Below are positions 1 to 10,592 of a DNA stretch of 64,000 nucleotides, piece by piece. A program made the position numbers and the translations under genes. The stretch covers positions 42,771-106,770 of the forward strand of contig DASPNA010000078.1 of NCBI GenBank assembly GCA_035626775.1. The letters run 5' to 3'. The first letter of the stretch is position 1; every line of letters begins with the position of its first letter. The stretch is from Thermoanaerobaculia bacterium (lineage in GTDB: Bacteria > Acidobacteriota > Thermoanaerobaculia > Gp7-AA8). The notes beneath the pieces were generated by a model. It ran no database searches and was not told the DNA's origin. It saw nothing but the letters and a program-made list of their open reading frames with translations.

Positions 1-419
1 TCATCGAGAAGGCGATCCTGCGCTTCCGGCCGTCGTGGATCTTCACCCATCATCCGAGCGATTTGAACGTCGACCACCGCGTCTGCTATGAAACGACGAT
101 GGCCGCCGCTCGCCTGCCGCAGCGGCTCACGGAAGACGTGCCGGTCACGATGATCGAGCGCATCTACCTCTGCGAGGTACCCTCCTCGACCGACTGGGGA
201 CTGCCGCTGTCCGTTCCGTTTCAGCCGAATTCGTTTTTCAACGTGAGCGCGACGATCGATCAGAAGATCCGGGCCCTCGAGCATTTTCGCGGCGCGTTGA
301 AGCCTGCTCCTCATACGCGGAGTAAAGAGAACGTGCGCGCTCTCGCGCACGTACGCGGCGGCGAAGTCGGCCTCGAGGCGGCAGAGGCTTTTGTATTAGT
401 CAGGCACGTCACACTGTAA
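1..419 (+). CDS. PIG-L/LmbE-family N-acetylglucosaminyl deacetylase, C-terminal part (5' end outside window)
   Basis: Frame is open to position 3. Translation reads ...WIFTHHPSDLNVDHRVCYETTMAAA..., matching the PIG-L HPDD-x-DH signature region. Stop TAA at 417-419. Confidence 0.7.
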   Translation, partial: IEKAILRFRPSWIFTHHPSDLNVDHRVCYETTMAAARLPQRLTEDVPVTMIERIYLCEVPSSTDWGLPLSVPFQPNSFFNVSATIDQKIRALEHFRGALKPAPHTRSKENVRALAHVRGGEVGLEAAEAFVLVRHVTL

Positions 420-1414
420 TGATGAAGGTCGCTCTCATCGGCAGCGTCAGTTTCTCGCGCCATACGCTGGAGCGACTCATCGCCCACAAAGCGGACATCG
501 TAGGCGTTCTCGGTCTCGATGAATCGGCGTCCGAAGGCGTGAGCGACTACAGCAACCTCGAGACAACCGCAAAGGTTGCCGGCGTGCCGTATCGGTCGTT
601 CAAGCGCATCAATACCGATGAGGTTCTCGCGCAGCTCAGAGCGTGGGCGCCGGATGTTCTCTTCGTGGTCGGCTTGTCGCAGATGGTGAGCGACGACATC
701 CGCGCCGTTGCGTCCCGCGGCTCGATCGGTTTCCATCCGACGCGATTGCCGGAAGGCCGCGGGCGCGCGCCTGTGGCGTGGCTGACATGGGATGCGAAGC
801 CCGGCGCGGCAACGTTTTTCGAGCTCGAGAGCGAAGCCGACGCGGGAGGGATCTTTGTACAGGAGCCGTTCGACGTCGCTGACGGTAGCTACGCCGACGA
901 GACCATCGCGGCCGTTCGTGCCGCCATCGACCGCGCGCTCGATCGCTGGCTGCCAGACCTGCTGAAAGGCACCTGGAATCCAATTGCTCAGGATCATACG
1001 CAGGCGTCGTTCTGGGGCAAGCGCGCGGCAGAAGACGGATGGATCGACTGGTCGAAGCCGGCGACAGATATTGCGCGGCTCATTCGCACCGCCGGCCATC
1101 CATATCCGGGCGCCTACACCTATCACCGCGGGCGAAAGCTCATGATCTGGCGCGGCCGAGTGGTCGATCTGCCGCTGCGCGGGGTCATCGGCCGCATCTT
1201 GCAGGTCAATGAGCTCAATCACTTCGTCGTCCAGACCGGAGAGGGACTGTTGGAAGTCGAATCACACTCGATGGCCGGTACACCGGCAGCGAAATTAGCC
1301 GTCGGACAGCGGCTGGGATTCGTGGTCGAGGACGAAATCGCGCGGCTGCACGAACGCTTGTCGGCGCTCGAGCAGCGGCTCGCGCTCATCGAGAAGAGCA
1401 GCCCTGGTCAATGA
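419..1414 (+). CDS. Formyltransferase-family protein (Fmt/ArnA N-domain-like)
   Basis: N-terminal MKVALIGS plus GFHPTRLPEGRGRAPVAW, resembling the formyltransferase HPSLLP-RG motif. ATG overlaps the upstream TAA as TAATG. Confidence 0.75.
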   Translation: MMKVALIGSVSFSRHTLERLIAHKADIVGVLGLDESASEGVSDYSNLETTAKVAGVPYRSFKRINTDEVLAQLRAWAPDVLFVVGLSQMVSDDIRAVASRGSIGFHPTRLPEGRGRAPVAWLTWDAKPGAATFFELESEADAGGIFVQEPFDVADGSYADETIAAVRAAIDRALDRWLPDLLKGTWNPIAQDHTQASFWGKRAAEDGWIDWSKPATDIARLIRTAGHPYPGAYTYHRGRKLMIWRGRVVDLPLRGVIGRILQVNELNHFVVQTGEGLLEVESHSMAGTPAAKLAVGQRLGFVVEDEIARLHERLSALEQRLALIEKSSPGQ

Positions 1415-1672
1415 AGCGAGCGCGATGCAGTCGCGCAGGTAACGATCGGTGATCTCGACGTCTGGAACATCGCGTGGCTTCAGCGCGCCTCGGTAACAGA
1501 GAATGCGCAGATAGAGAAACGCGGCGCCGCGATGTTCCTCCGTCTTCAAAAACTTTCGCGCCGCCGAGCGAAGCGTGCGGTCGCTCACGCTTCCTGTGCG
1601 AATGGCCTCCGCGAGATTCTCACGTGCCTTTTGAAGATCACCCGCCACGAATCGTTGATGCGATTGCTTCAA
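1295..1672 (-). CDS. Hypothetical protein (weak)
   Basis: ATG forms an ATGA 4-nt overlap with the stop of the upstream ORF 1669..2010. However, the 3' end overlaps the convergent formyltransferase by about 120 nt. Confidence 0.25.
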   Translation of the reverse strand: MKQSHQRFVAGDLQKARENLAEAIRTGSVSDRTLRSAARKFLKTEEHRGAAFLYLRILCYRGALKPRDVPDVEITDRYLRDCIALASLTRAALLDEREPLLERRQAFVQPRDFVLDHESQPLSDG

Positions 1673-2010
1673 TAGAGTTTTGACACGCGCGCGGCGCTGC
1701 GCATCGCGCGCGCGCCGATTGTGCGGGCGCGACGGCGCCGTTCCAGACGCGCCTCATCTTCGATCGGATAGAAAGCCGCATCCAGCACTGCCGTTCCATA
1801 AGTCTGCAAACGCCGCTGGTTCCGCCGGATCCGATCGTGCAGCTCGGCATATTCAGTTGGCCGCGCCTCACCTTTCGACAAAAGCGCTCGCATGGAGCTG
1901 AGCGATCGCAACTGCAGGCTGACGTCATCCACGTGCTGCACGAGCGCCCACGCCGTCCATGATCCATCGACGCCCACGTCGCTGATGGATGGCCGGACGA
2001 GCTCGCGCAT
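1669..2010 (-). CDS. Hypothetical protein, possibly DinB-like
   Basis: ORF reads MRELVRPSISDVGVDGSWTAWALVQHVDDV... It is in the same frame as ORF 2047..2337, separated only by a single TGA. Confidence 0.35.
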   Translation of the reverse strand: MRELVRPSISDVGVDGSWTAWALVQHVDDVSLQLRSLSSMRALLSKGEARPTEYAELHDRIRRNQRRLQTYGTAVLDAAFYPIEDEARLERRRRARTIGARAMRSAARVSKLY

Positions 2011-2046
2011 CCGCTCTCGTTGTGTGTGTCGATGCGATCGATCGCT

Positions 2047-2337
2047 TCATAGAGAGGCGCGAGCTGCGGCGAGTCCCATGGGGACATTCAACGCTTTCTG
2101 CTGGTGGGCGAGTTTCGTCCGCGCCGCCTGATCGGCGGACCACATCGAGAGAAGCGCGCGCCGCAACGCCGGCTTCCGCAGCCGCGATTCATGATCTATG
2201 TGCGTCCGAAGGACTCGAAGTCGGGATCGCTCGAGGCCTCCATGGTGAAACGCGCCGCCGCGGGGACGTCGGCCGCTGCAGTCGCGCGCGAGGCGTCGTA
2301 GGCGGCGCATCCCAGGTGCGAACGACGGTGGCCGCAA
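2047..2337 (-). CDS. Hypothetical protein; possibly the N-terminal part of an interrupted gene
   Basis: Same frame as 1669..2010. TGA at 2047-2049, then 12 codons before the next Met. Confidence 0.25.
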   Translation of the reverse strand: MRPPSFAPGMRRLRRLARDCSGRRPRGGAFHHGGLERSRLRVLRTHIDHESRLRKPALRRALLSMWSADQAARTKLAHQQKALNVPMGLAAARASL

Positions 2338-2431
2338 GGAGAAGTACCGCGAGCATGGCCGGGATCGTAACGCTCGGGAAGAAGACGGGATGGAAACTTT
2401 CAGTTAGCTCGGGCTGCACCGCGTCCGACCT

Positions 2432-2842
2432 TCAGGTTGGCAAGGCCCGGGTCGCCGCCTGGAAACCTTCAACCGCGCGCCAACTGGCGGCAAGGAAGCA
2501 AAGGATGGACGCGAGTCCACCGAGCACGGTGACGACGAACATCGCGTTCGACGACCGATGCCAGTCGACGCTGCTCAGACAGTTCGTCAGGAAGATCGTG
2601 CCGTACGCGAGCACGGCGAAGAACGTACCGTAGATGAAGAACTGCAACGCCGAGACGAGCACATGGACGCTGTCGCGCGGCAGCGTCCCTTTCTCCCACA
2701 GATGACCGATGAAGGTCAGGAACGCGACGGTCGCCCCGCCGTTCATGGTGAGCAAAGCGCGAAGTGCAGCCTGCCCGCTGCTGACGACCGTCTCGTACTT
2801 TTTTAGCGGATGAACGTGCGTGACGGTTTCCGGTGTCGACAT
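2432..2842 (-). CDS. Small integral membrane protein
   Basis: Three to four hydrophobic helices (…ATVAFLTFIGHLW…, …FFIYGTFFAVLAYGTIFL…, …VVTVLGGLASILCFLAASW…). Confidence 0.5.
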   Translation of the reverse strand: MSTPETVTHVHPLKKYETVVSSGQAALRALLTMNGGATVAFLTFIGHLWEKGTLPRDSVHVLVSALQFFIYGTFFAVLAYGTIFLTNCLSSVDWHRSSNAMFVVTVLGGLASILCFLAASWRAVEGFQAATRALPT

Positions 2843-2910
2843 GGGGCGCCTCCGCCAAGGTAGTGACCCGTGCGGCGGCCGCGTTTCATCGCACGGCTAT
2901 ACTCAAGACA

Positions 2911-3137
2911 TGGCGCGCTCGAAACTGGCCGAACAACTCCGGCAGGAACAGGCCGCCGCGATCGCGGGGCTGACGCCGCAGGAACGCCTCGACCTCGCGT
3001 TCGAGCTCGGCCGGCGCGGCATCGAGATGTACATGAGCGCGCACCACGTCGACCGCGAGACCGCCGCCCGCGAACTGAAACGCGCCGGCCGGGCCGGGCG
3101 ACGCTACTCGCGTTGCATGGACGACGAGACGCCGTGA
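2911..3137 (+). CDS. Small protein, putative antitoxin-like partner of the downstream nucleotidyltransferase
   Basis: ORF reads MARSKLAEQLRQEQAAAIAGLTPQERLDLAFELGRRGIEMY... Its stop TGA (3135-3137) overlaps GTG 3134 of the next ORF as GTGA, suggesting translational coupling. Confidence 0.4.
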
Positions 3138-3600
3138 ACGCGATCGTGGTACGCGAAATCCTCGATCGCGCAAACATCCAGTTTGCGCTGATCGGCGCGG
3201 CTGCCGTGGCATTGCGTGGCCTGCCGCGCTTCACGCAGGACACCGACTTCTTCACCACGGACCGGCGCGTCCTTCAGCGTGATTTGTGGGACGTCCGATC
3301 AGGTCGATGTCGTCGTCGGCAAGTACAAGTGGGAGCAGCAGCTCCTCGCGCGCGCGGAGCGAATGGATTTGTTCGGCGCATCCGTGCTCGTTCCAGCACG
3401 AAGCGATCTCATTCTGATGAAACTCGCCGCCGGCGGCTACAAAGACCTGATCGACGCGGCCGGTCTGCTGTCGCTTGGGCCACGCGATGAATTGATTGCA
3501 GACGTGGCTTCGCGGATCGGCGACCTGTCCCGCGAAGCGCAGGCAAGCTGGCTCACCTTCTTCGCGAAACGAAGTAACTCAGGCCGGAAAACAGTCGACT
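3134..3600 (+). pseudogene. Pol-beta-superfamily nucleotidyltransferase, frameshifted near 3300
   Basis: Frame 2 reads VNAIVVREILDRANIQFALIGAAAVALRGLPRFTQDTDFFT (G-x-DxD NTase motif). The sequence continues in frame 0 as DQVDVVVGKYKWEQQLLARAERMDLFGASVLVPARSDLILMKLAAGGYKDLID. A single extra base near tcaGgtcgatg breaks the frame. The true 3' end is unclear. Confidence 0.5.
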
Positions 3601-3642
3601 CAACGAGCACAGCCCGCAATGGGCGACGCATATACTCGACGC

Positions 3643-4671
3643 ATGATGCGTCGGAAGTCCACCGCGACAGTCCTTTTCCTCGGGTTTCTCCTATCCGAAA
3701 CGGTGACTGGACAGGAACGACAGCTTCAGCAGGATCTCGCGCCGCTCGAGAAACGCGTGCGCGCCCTCGAGCAGCTTCTGCGGGACGCACCGGAACGTTT
3801 CGTCACGGAATCATTGGAGTTGTCGGCCGCATATCACGAAGCGGCAAAGCGCCACGCGAAGGTCACGCAAAGCGCCGGCGCGCGAAGCGACGCAGTGACA
3901 ATCCTGATACGCGCAGCGTTCGCGACGCGACAGATCCTTCGTCAACCGGAGCGAGCCCTCGATCTCTATCGCCGCGCCGCGGCACTGCATGCGGAACGAT
4001 ATCCTTCCGCGCGCGAGGCGGCGTTCCGGGACGAGATCGCGGACATCCAGCAGTTTGACCTTCGTGACCATGCAGCCGCAGCGAACACCCTCGAGCGGCT
4101 TCGCGAGTTCGAGAAGGCTCACGCGACCAATCAGGGAGAGATGGCGGGATGGAGTGCCTGGAGGGCGCAATGGCTGGACGCGGAGATCACGTATCTCCGT
4201 TCGAAGAAGGCATTCGCCGGCACCGTCAATGCCGCCGCGATGACCGGATTGATCGCACAGATCTATTACGGTGCGGGCACTGTCGGCTCTGTCCCGCTCG
4301 ACCCAGCGTTGAACATTTACAGTGAGACGTCGTTGTCACCCGCCGAGATCGAAACGAAGCTGGCGGCGCTTCCCGCATCACACACGACATTCCTCCAGAC
4401 TTGGATGTTCGCCACCAAATTACCCACGCCGGCCGCCGCACAGAAGTGGTTGACCCGTAATGACCCGGCCGGCTATTGGAGCGCGTCGCTCCTCACTCTG
4501 GCAGCGGTTGCGGAACGCGATCTCGACGCGTCTGCGGACCCGAAGTCCAATGTCGTGGCCAGTCTGATCCGTACGGAATCCAGGAAGCCAACGGCGTTCG
4601 CGCTACTGGCACGCCAATACGCGAAAACGCGTCGCCTGCCGCCGCCGATGCAGTTGAATATCGGTCATTGA
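3643..4671 (+). CDS. Secreted or periplasmic hypothetical protein
   Basis: ATG 3643 followed by MMRRKSTATVLFLGFLLSETVTGQ, a signal-peptide-like N-terminus, in a long open frame. Confidence 0.55.
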   Translation: MMRRKSTATVLFLGFLLSETVTGQERQLQQDLAPLEKRVRALEQLLRDAPERFVTESLELSAAYHEAAKRHAKVTQSAGARSDAVTILIRAAFATRQILRQPERALDLYRRAAALHAERYPSAREAAFRDEIADIQQFDLRDHAAAANTLERLREFEKAHATNQGEMAGWSAWRAQWLDAEITYLRSKKAFAGTVNAAAMTGLIAQIYYGAGTVGSVPLDPALNIYSETSLSPAEIETKLAALPASHTTFLQTWMFATKLPTPAAAQKWLTRNDPAGYWSASLLTLAAVAERDLDASADPKSNVVASLIRTESRKPTAFALLARQYAKTRRLPPPMQLNIGH

Positions 4672-4704
4672 GCGGCGACGGTCACTCAGCCGTTCACATA
4701 AAGA

Positions 4705-4724
4705 GGGCGGCCTTGCGGCCGCCC
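4705..4724. terminator. GC hairpin between convergent genes
   Basis: GGGCGGCC-ttgc-GGCCGCCC. On the minus strand it is followed by a TCTTTATGT stretch, downstream of nrdJ. Confidence 0.35.
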
Positions 4725-4748
4725 TCGCTGTCGTGCATGACGTCAAGA

Positions 4749-7616
<2,868 letters not shown>

Positions 7617-8564
7617 GGCTCTACTCTCCTCATGCCTTTCGCTGCTGCTTTCGAGAACTGACTACGCAGCAGAGGAGGGCCGTTCGATCACTGCAAAGGA
7701 GATCGGCCGGATGCGCTTCGCGAGCTCTGTTACGAACGCCGCCGGGTTGCCCGATGTCCCTCGATCGAATTTCCGTCCCCTGCCTCCCCCAACACGGCTC
7801 GCGGGCGACCCGTTTTTCGACGGCAGCTCCGCTGAATGGGGGCGCTGACGGCGAATCGCGGATGGCGAGGAGCTAAATCACAACATCACCGAAATGCCGG
7901 CCGGAACGACTTGGTGGAAGGGGTTTGAGGCACAGCAGTCTTGACTTTGACCGTCACCTGATAGCCGCGGATCTGGAGACGAACCGAACGGACCGGGGGA
8001 TGGTTTGCAGGACGTGTATCGTGCTTCAAATCCTTCATAGTCCTCCCTCACTTCCTCGCATTGTCGTTGTGGCGAGTAAGCTACGCCCGCACCTCGGGGA
8101 AGTCAAGCCAACACCCCCAACATCTTGTGGTGCCCGCGATGAAGAACACAACATCCTGCGTAACTATTCGACTTTGCAGTAAGTTACGTCTTTGCGTCCC
8201 GTCGGGTCCGGCAGAAGCTTTTCCGCCTCGGTTCCACCGCTTATCCGCCGGTTCTAGACAGGCTTTCCGCAGGCTTTTGCACAGGGTCGATTATGCAGAT
8301 TTCTTCGGGAATCCACATGTTCTCCACAGGATTCGGACTAGTTATCGTGCCATAAATCAGCAGCGATACAGCGCTGATTTTCATCAGCTTTTTCGTGCTT
8401 TTTCCATGCGTAGGGAGGCGGACTGGACTGAAAGAAAAAGGGCGAAAGAAGGGCGGAATCCGAAAACTGCGGAAAAGTCGGCGAGGGCAGACGCGGGCAC
8501 TACATCTTGTGGGCGAGAGAGGCAGTGCACACACAATGTGGCACGTGGAACATTTTTCCGCCTG

Positions 8565-9524
8565 CTAGTAGTCGCCGCTCGCTCCGGCGCCGCCGAAACT
8601 GCCGCCGCCGGTTGAGGGCCGCGGTTCCGGAGCGTGCGTCGCAGGCTGAAATGTGACGGTCGCGCCGATTTCGGCCAGATCGTCGACCGGTGTGAGCCCG
8701 ATCGGCGTGAGGACGAAGCCGCGCGTGTGGCCGCGCAGGAGACGCGAAATCGCGAACGTCAGCGCGAGGAGCAACGCGCCGGCAAGAGCGAACTTCGCTT
8801 CGAGCGGCGTCGGGATCTTCTCGCCGAAATCGCGCGCGGCGATGGCGAACGCGATGATGGCGGCGAAGAACATCGCGTGATGGCGCTTCGCGACGGCGAG
8901 ACCGATCGCGATCAGGCCAAACACCGCGTAGAGAACGATGGTCACATCACGCCACGCCGCGTCCGCGACGAGGCGTCCCGCAATCGGCATCACCAGCGCG
9001 ATGGCGATCCAGAGCGCCTCGGTCGTCGGGCGACGCCAGGTGCGCAGCAGCGTGAGACACGCGCCGAGCGCGATCAGCAACGCGGCGAGCGTGCCGACAT
9101 CGAATCGTTCTTCGAACCAGAGCATCACGAAGATCGCGGAGACCGCGCCGTACAGCGGATTGCGTACGCGCGCGCCGGCGATCGCCGCTGCGGCCGCGAG
9201 CACCAGCATCGATTCCGGCGTGCCGCTGCGCGGCAGCTCGCTGATGAGCGCAAGCAGACCTCCACCCCACAGCGCCGCTTCGACGCCAGTGAAGAACCAT
9301 CGCCGCGCGCCGATCAGGTATTCGGCCAGCACGATCGAAGCGATACCGGTGATCAGTCCTTCATTGAATGCGTAGAACCCGCCGATGGCGATGCACGTGA
9401 GCACGAAGAAGACGAGCTGCGCGAGGATCCCGTACGTGCGCCACGGCACCTCGAGTTGCGCTTCGGTGACGTGCGGGCGAAGCCGCCTGCGCAGATGGAG
9501 ATTGCGCTCGTGTTGCGCGTTCAT
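8565..9524 (-). CDS. Polytopic membrane protein, with a Gly-rich C-terminus ending in GDY
   Basis: Start ATG 9524 makes an ATGA overlap with the stop of the upstream gene (plus-strand tcat at 9521-9524). At least eight hydrophobic helices. Confidence 0.6.
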   Translation of the reverse strand: MNAQHERNLHLRRRLRPHVTEAQLEVPWRTYGILAQLVFFVLTCIAIGGFYAFNEGLITGIASIVLAEYLIGARRWFFTGVEAALWGGGLLALISELPRSGTPESMLVLAAAAAIAGARVRNPLYGAVSAIFVMLWFEERFDVGTLAALLIALGACLTLLRTWRRPTTEALWIAIALVMPIAGRLVADAAWRDVTIVLYAVFGLIAIGLAVAKRHHAMFFAAIIAFAIAARDFGEKIPTPLEAKFALAGALLLALTFAISRLLRGHTRGFVLTPIGLTPVDDLAEIGATVTFQPATHAPEPRPSTGGGSFGGAGASGDY

Positions 9525-10444
9525 GTGCGCCACTCCCGCACGCGCGAGTGAATCGCGAGGAGGCCGGCGATTGCGCCGACCATGGAAAGCGGGACGAACA
9601 GGAACATCCACTCTTTGTCGTCCACCACTTCATAGAACAGGACGTTGATGGCAAGCACCGCATAGAGGAACGAGTAAAGGACGAACAACTCGCCACGCCT
9701 GCTGATCCCCCAGACCGTGACCATTCCGGCGATGATGAGCACCAGCAGACACCCGATGACGGCGGTGTGGTTGTCGAACATCAGCGCGCACGAGCCGGCG
9801 AACGCAATGTTCGCCGCGAAGTGTTCGAACGACGGCGCGAAATCGCGCGCTTCGCGTTGCGGATCGAACCGCTCATGCGCCGAACGCCACATCAGCAGCA
9901 ACAGCGCGCACGCGAACGCGCGGATCGCATAGTCGGTCGCGGCGCTCGATTCCACGTCGCGCACGCCCAGCCACGCCGTCACCGCCGTGATGGACAGCGA
10001 CAGCACGATGCGCGAGCGGAAGACGTACGCCGTGACCGCGTGCCCGATGGCCGTGATCAGAAAGTGCCGTGGCCACGCGTCGCCGAGCAGATGAAACTGC
10101 GACTCGATGAACGCGACGTCGCCGCTGAGCAGCAGCGCGCCGAGGAGGAGGACGTAGTCGTCGACGATTGAGGCGCGTGCACGACGCCACCAGGCGAACG
10201 CGTAACACGCCGCCGCGGCAACCGCCATCAGCACGGCCAGCGCGAGCGGCCCGATGCGATCGAGGTTGTTCTTCAGCACCAGCCCGGCCGCGGTGGCGAG
10301 CAGCAACGCTCCACCCCACGACAGGACGCGCAGCTCGGGATGGAGCGAGAAGACCTCGCGGCGCTCGCGCGCGATCAGCTCGTTCGTGTTCTTGTCGCCG
10401 AGGATGGGACGGAGCTGTTCCAGCTCCGGCTCGTAGGAGAGCAT
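9521..10444 (-). CDS. Polytopic membrane protein, paralog-like neighbour
   Basis: ORF MLSYEPELEQLRPILGDKNTNELIARERREVF... with multiple TM helices. Confidence 0.6.
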   Translation of the reverse strand: MLSYEPELEQLRPILGDKNTNELIARERREVFSLHPELRVLSWGGALLLATAAGLVLKNNLDRIGPLALAVLMAVAAAACYAFAWWRRARASIVDDYVLLLGALLLSGDVAFIESQFHLLGDAWPRHFLITAIGHAVTAYVFRSRIVLSLSITAVTAWLGVRDVESSAATDYAIRAFACALLLLMWRSAHERFDPQREARDFAPSFEHFAANIAFAGSCALMFDNHTAVIGCLLVLIIAGMVTVWGISRRGELFVLYSFLYAVLAINVLFYEVVDDKEWMFLFVPLSMVGAIAGLLAIHSRVREWRT

Positions 10445-10460
10445 CGACGAATGTTACTGC

Positions 10461-10571
10461 GACCCCTCATCCGCCTTCGGCACCTTGTCCCCTCGCCGAG
10501 GGGAGAAGGCTACCCAGGTAGCCCTCGCCCCGCTTGCGGGGAGAGGGTGGCCAAAGGCCGGGTGAGGGGTC
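10461..10571. repeat. Palindromic element family 4 (GACCCCTCATCCG ... CGGGTGAGGGGTC terminal inverted repeats)
   Basis: Terminal inverted repeats GACCCCTCA/TGAGGGGTC, with internal hairpins CCCCTCGCCGAGGGG and CCCCGCTTGCGGGG. Related copies at 27237-27342 and 57204-57294. Confidence 0.7.
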
Positions 10572-10592
10572 GCTCTCAGCCCGTCGCTCCAG
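10569..10592. repeat. Half copy of palindromic element family 3; forms the 3' end of the CreD-like CDS
   Basis: gtcgctctcagcccgtcgctccag. On the minus strand it encodes ...SGATG plus the stop TGA of the CreD-like gene. Confidence 0.65.

Noticed and set aside
7617-7860. Cobalamin riboswitch in the nrdJ 5' leader
   Set aside because: Read on the minus strand, I could not find the B12-box (GCCACTG-like) or the conserved GGTG/GGGAA core elements. Left as 'not detected' rather than called.
8634-9551. 305-aa plus ORF, extremely Arg/Glu/Asp-rich
   Set aside because: Antisense to a hydrophobic membrane-protein gene, with no domain-like features.
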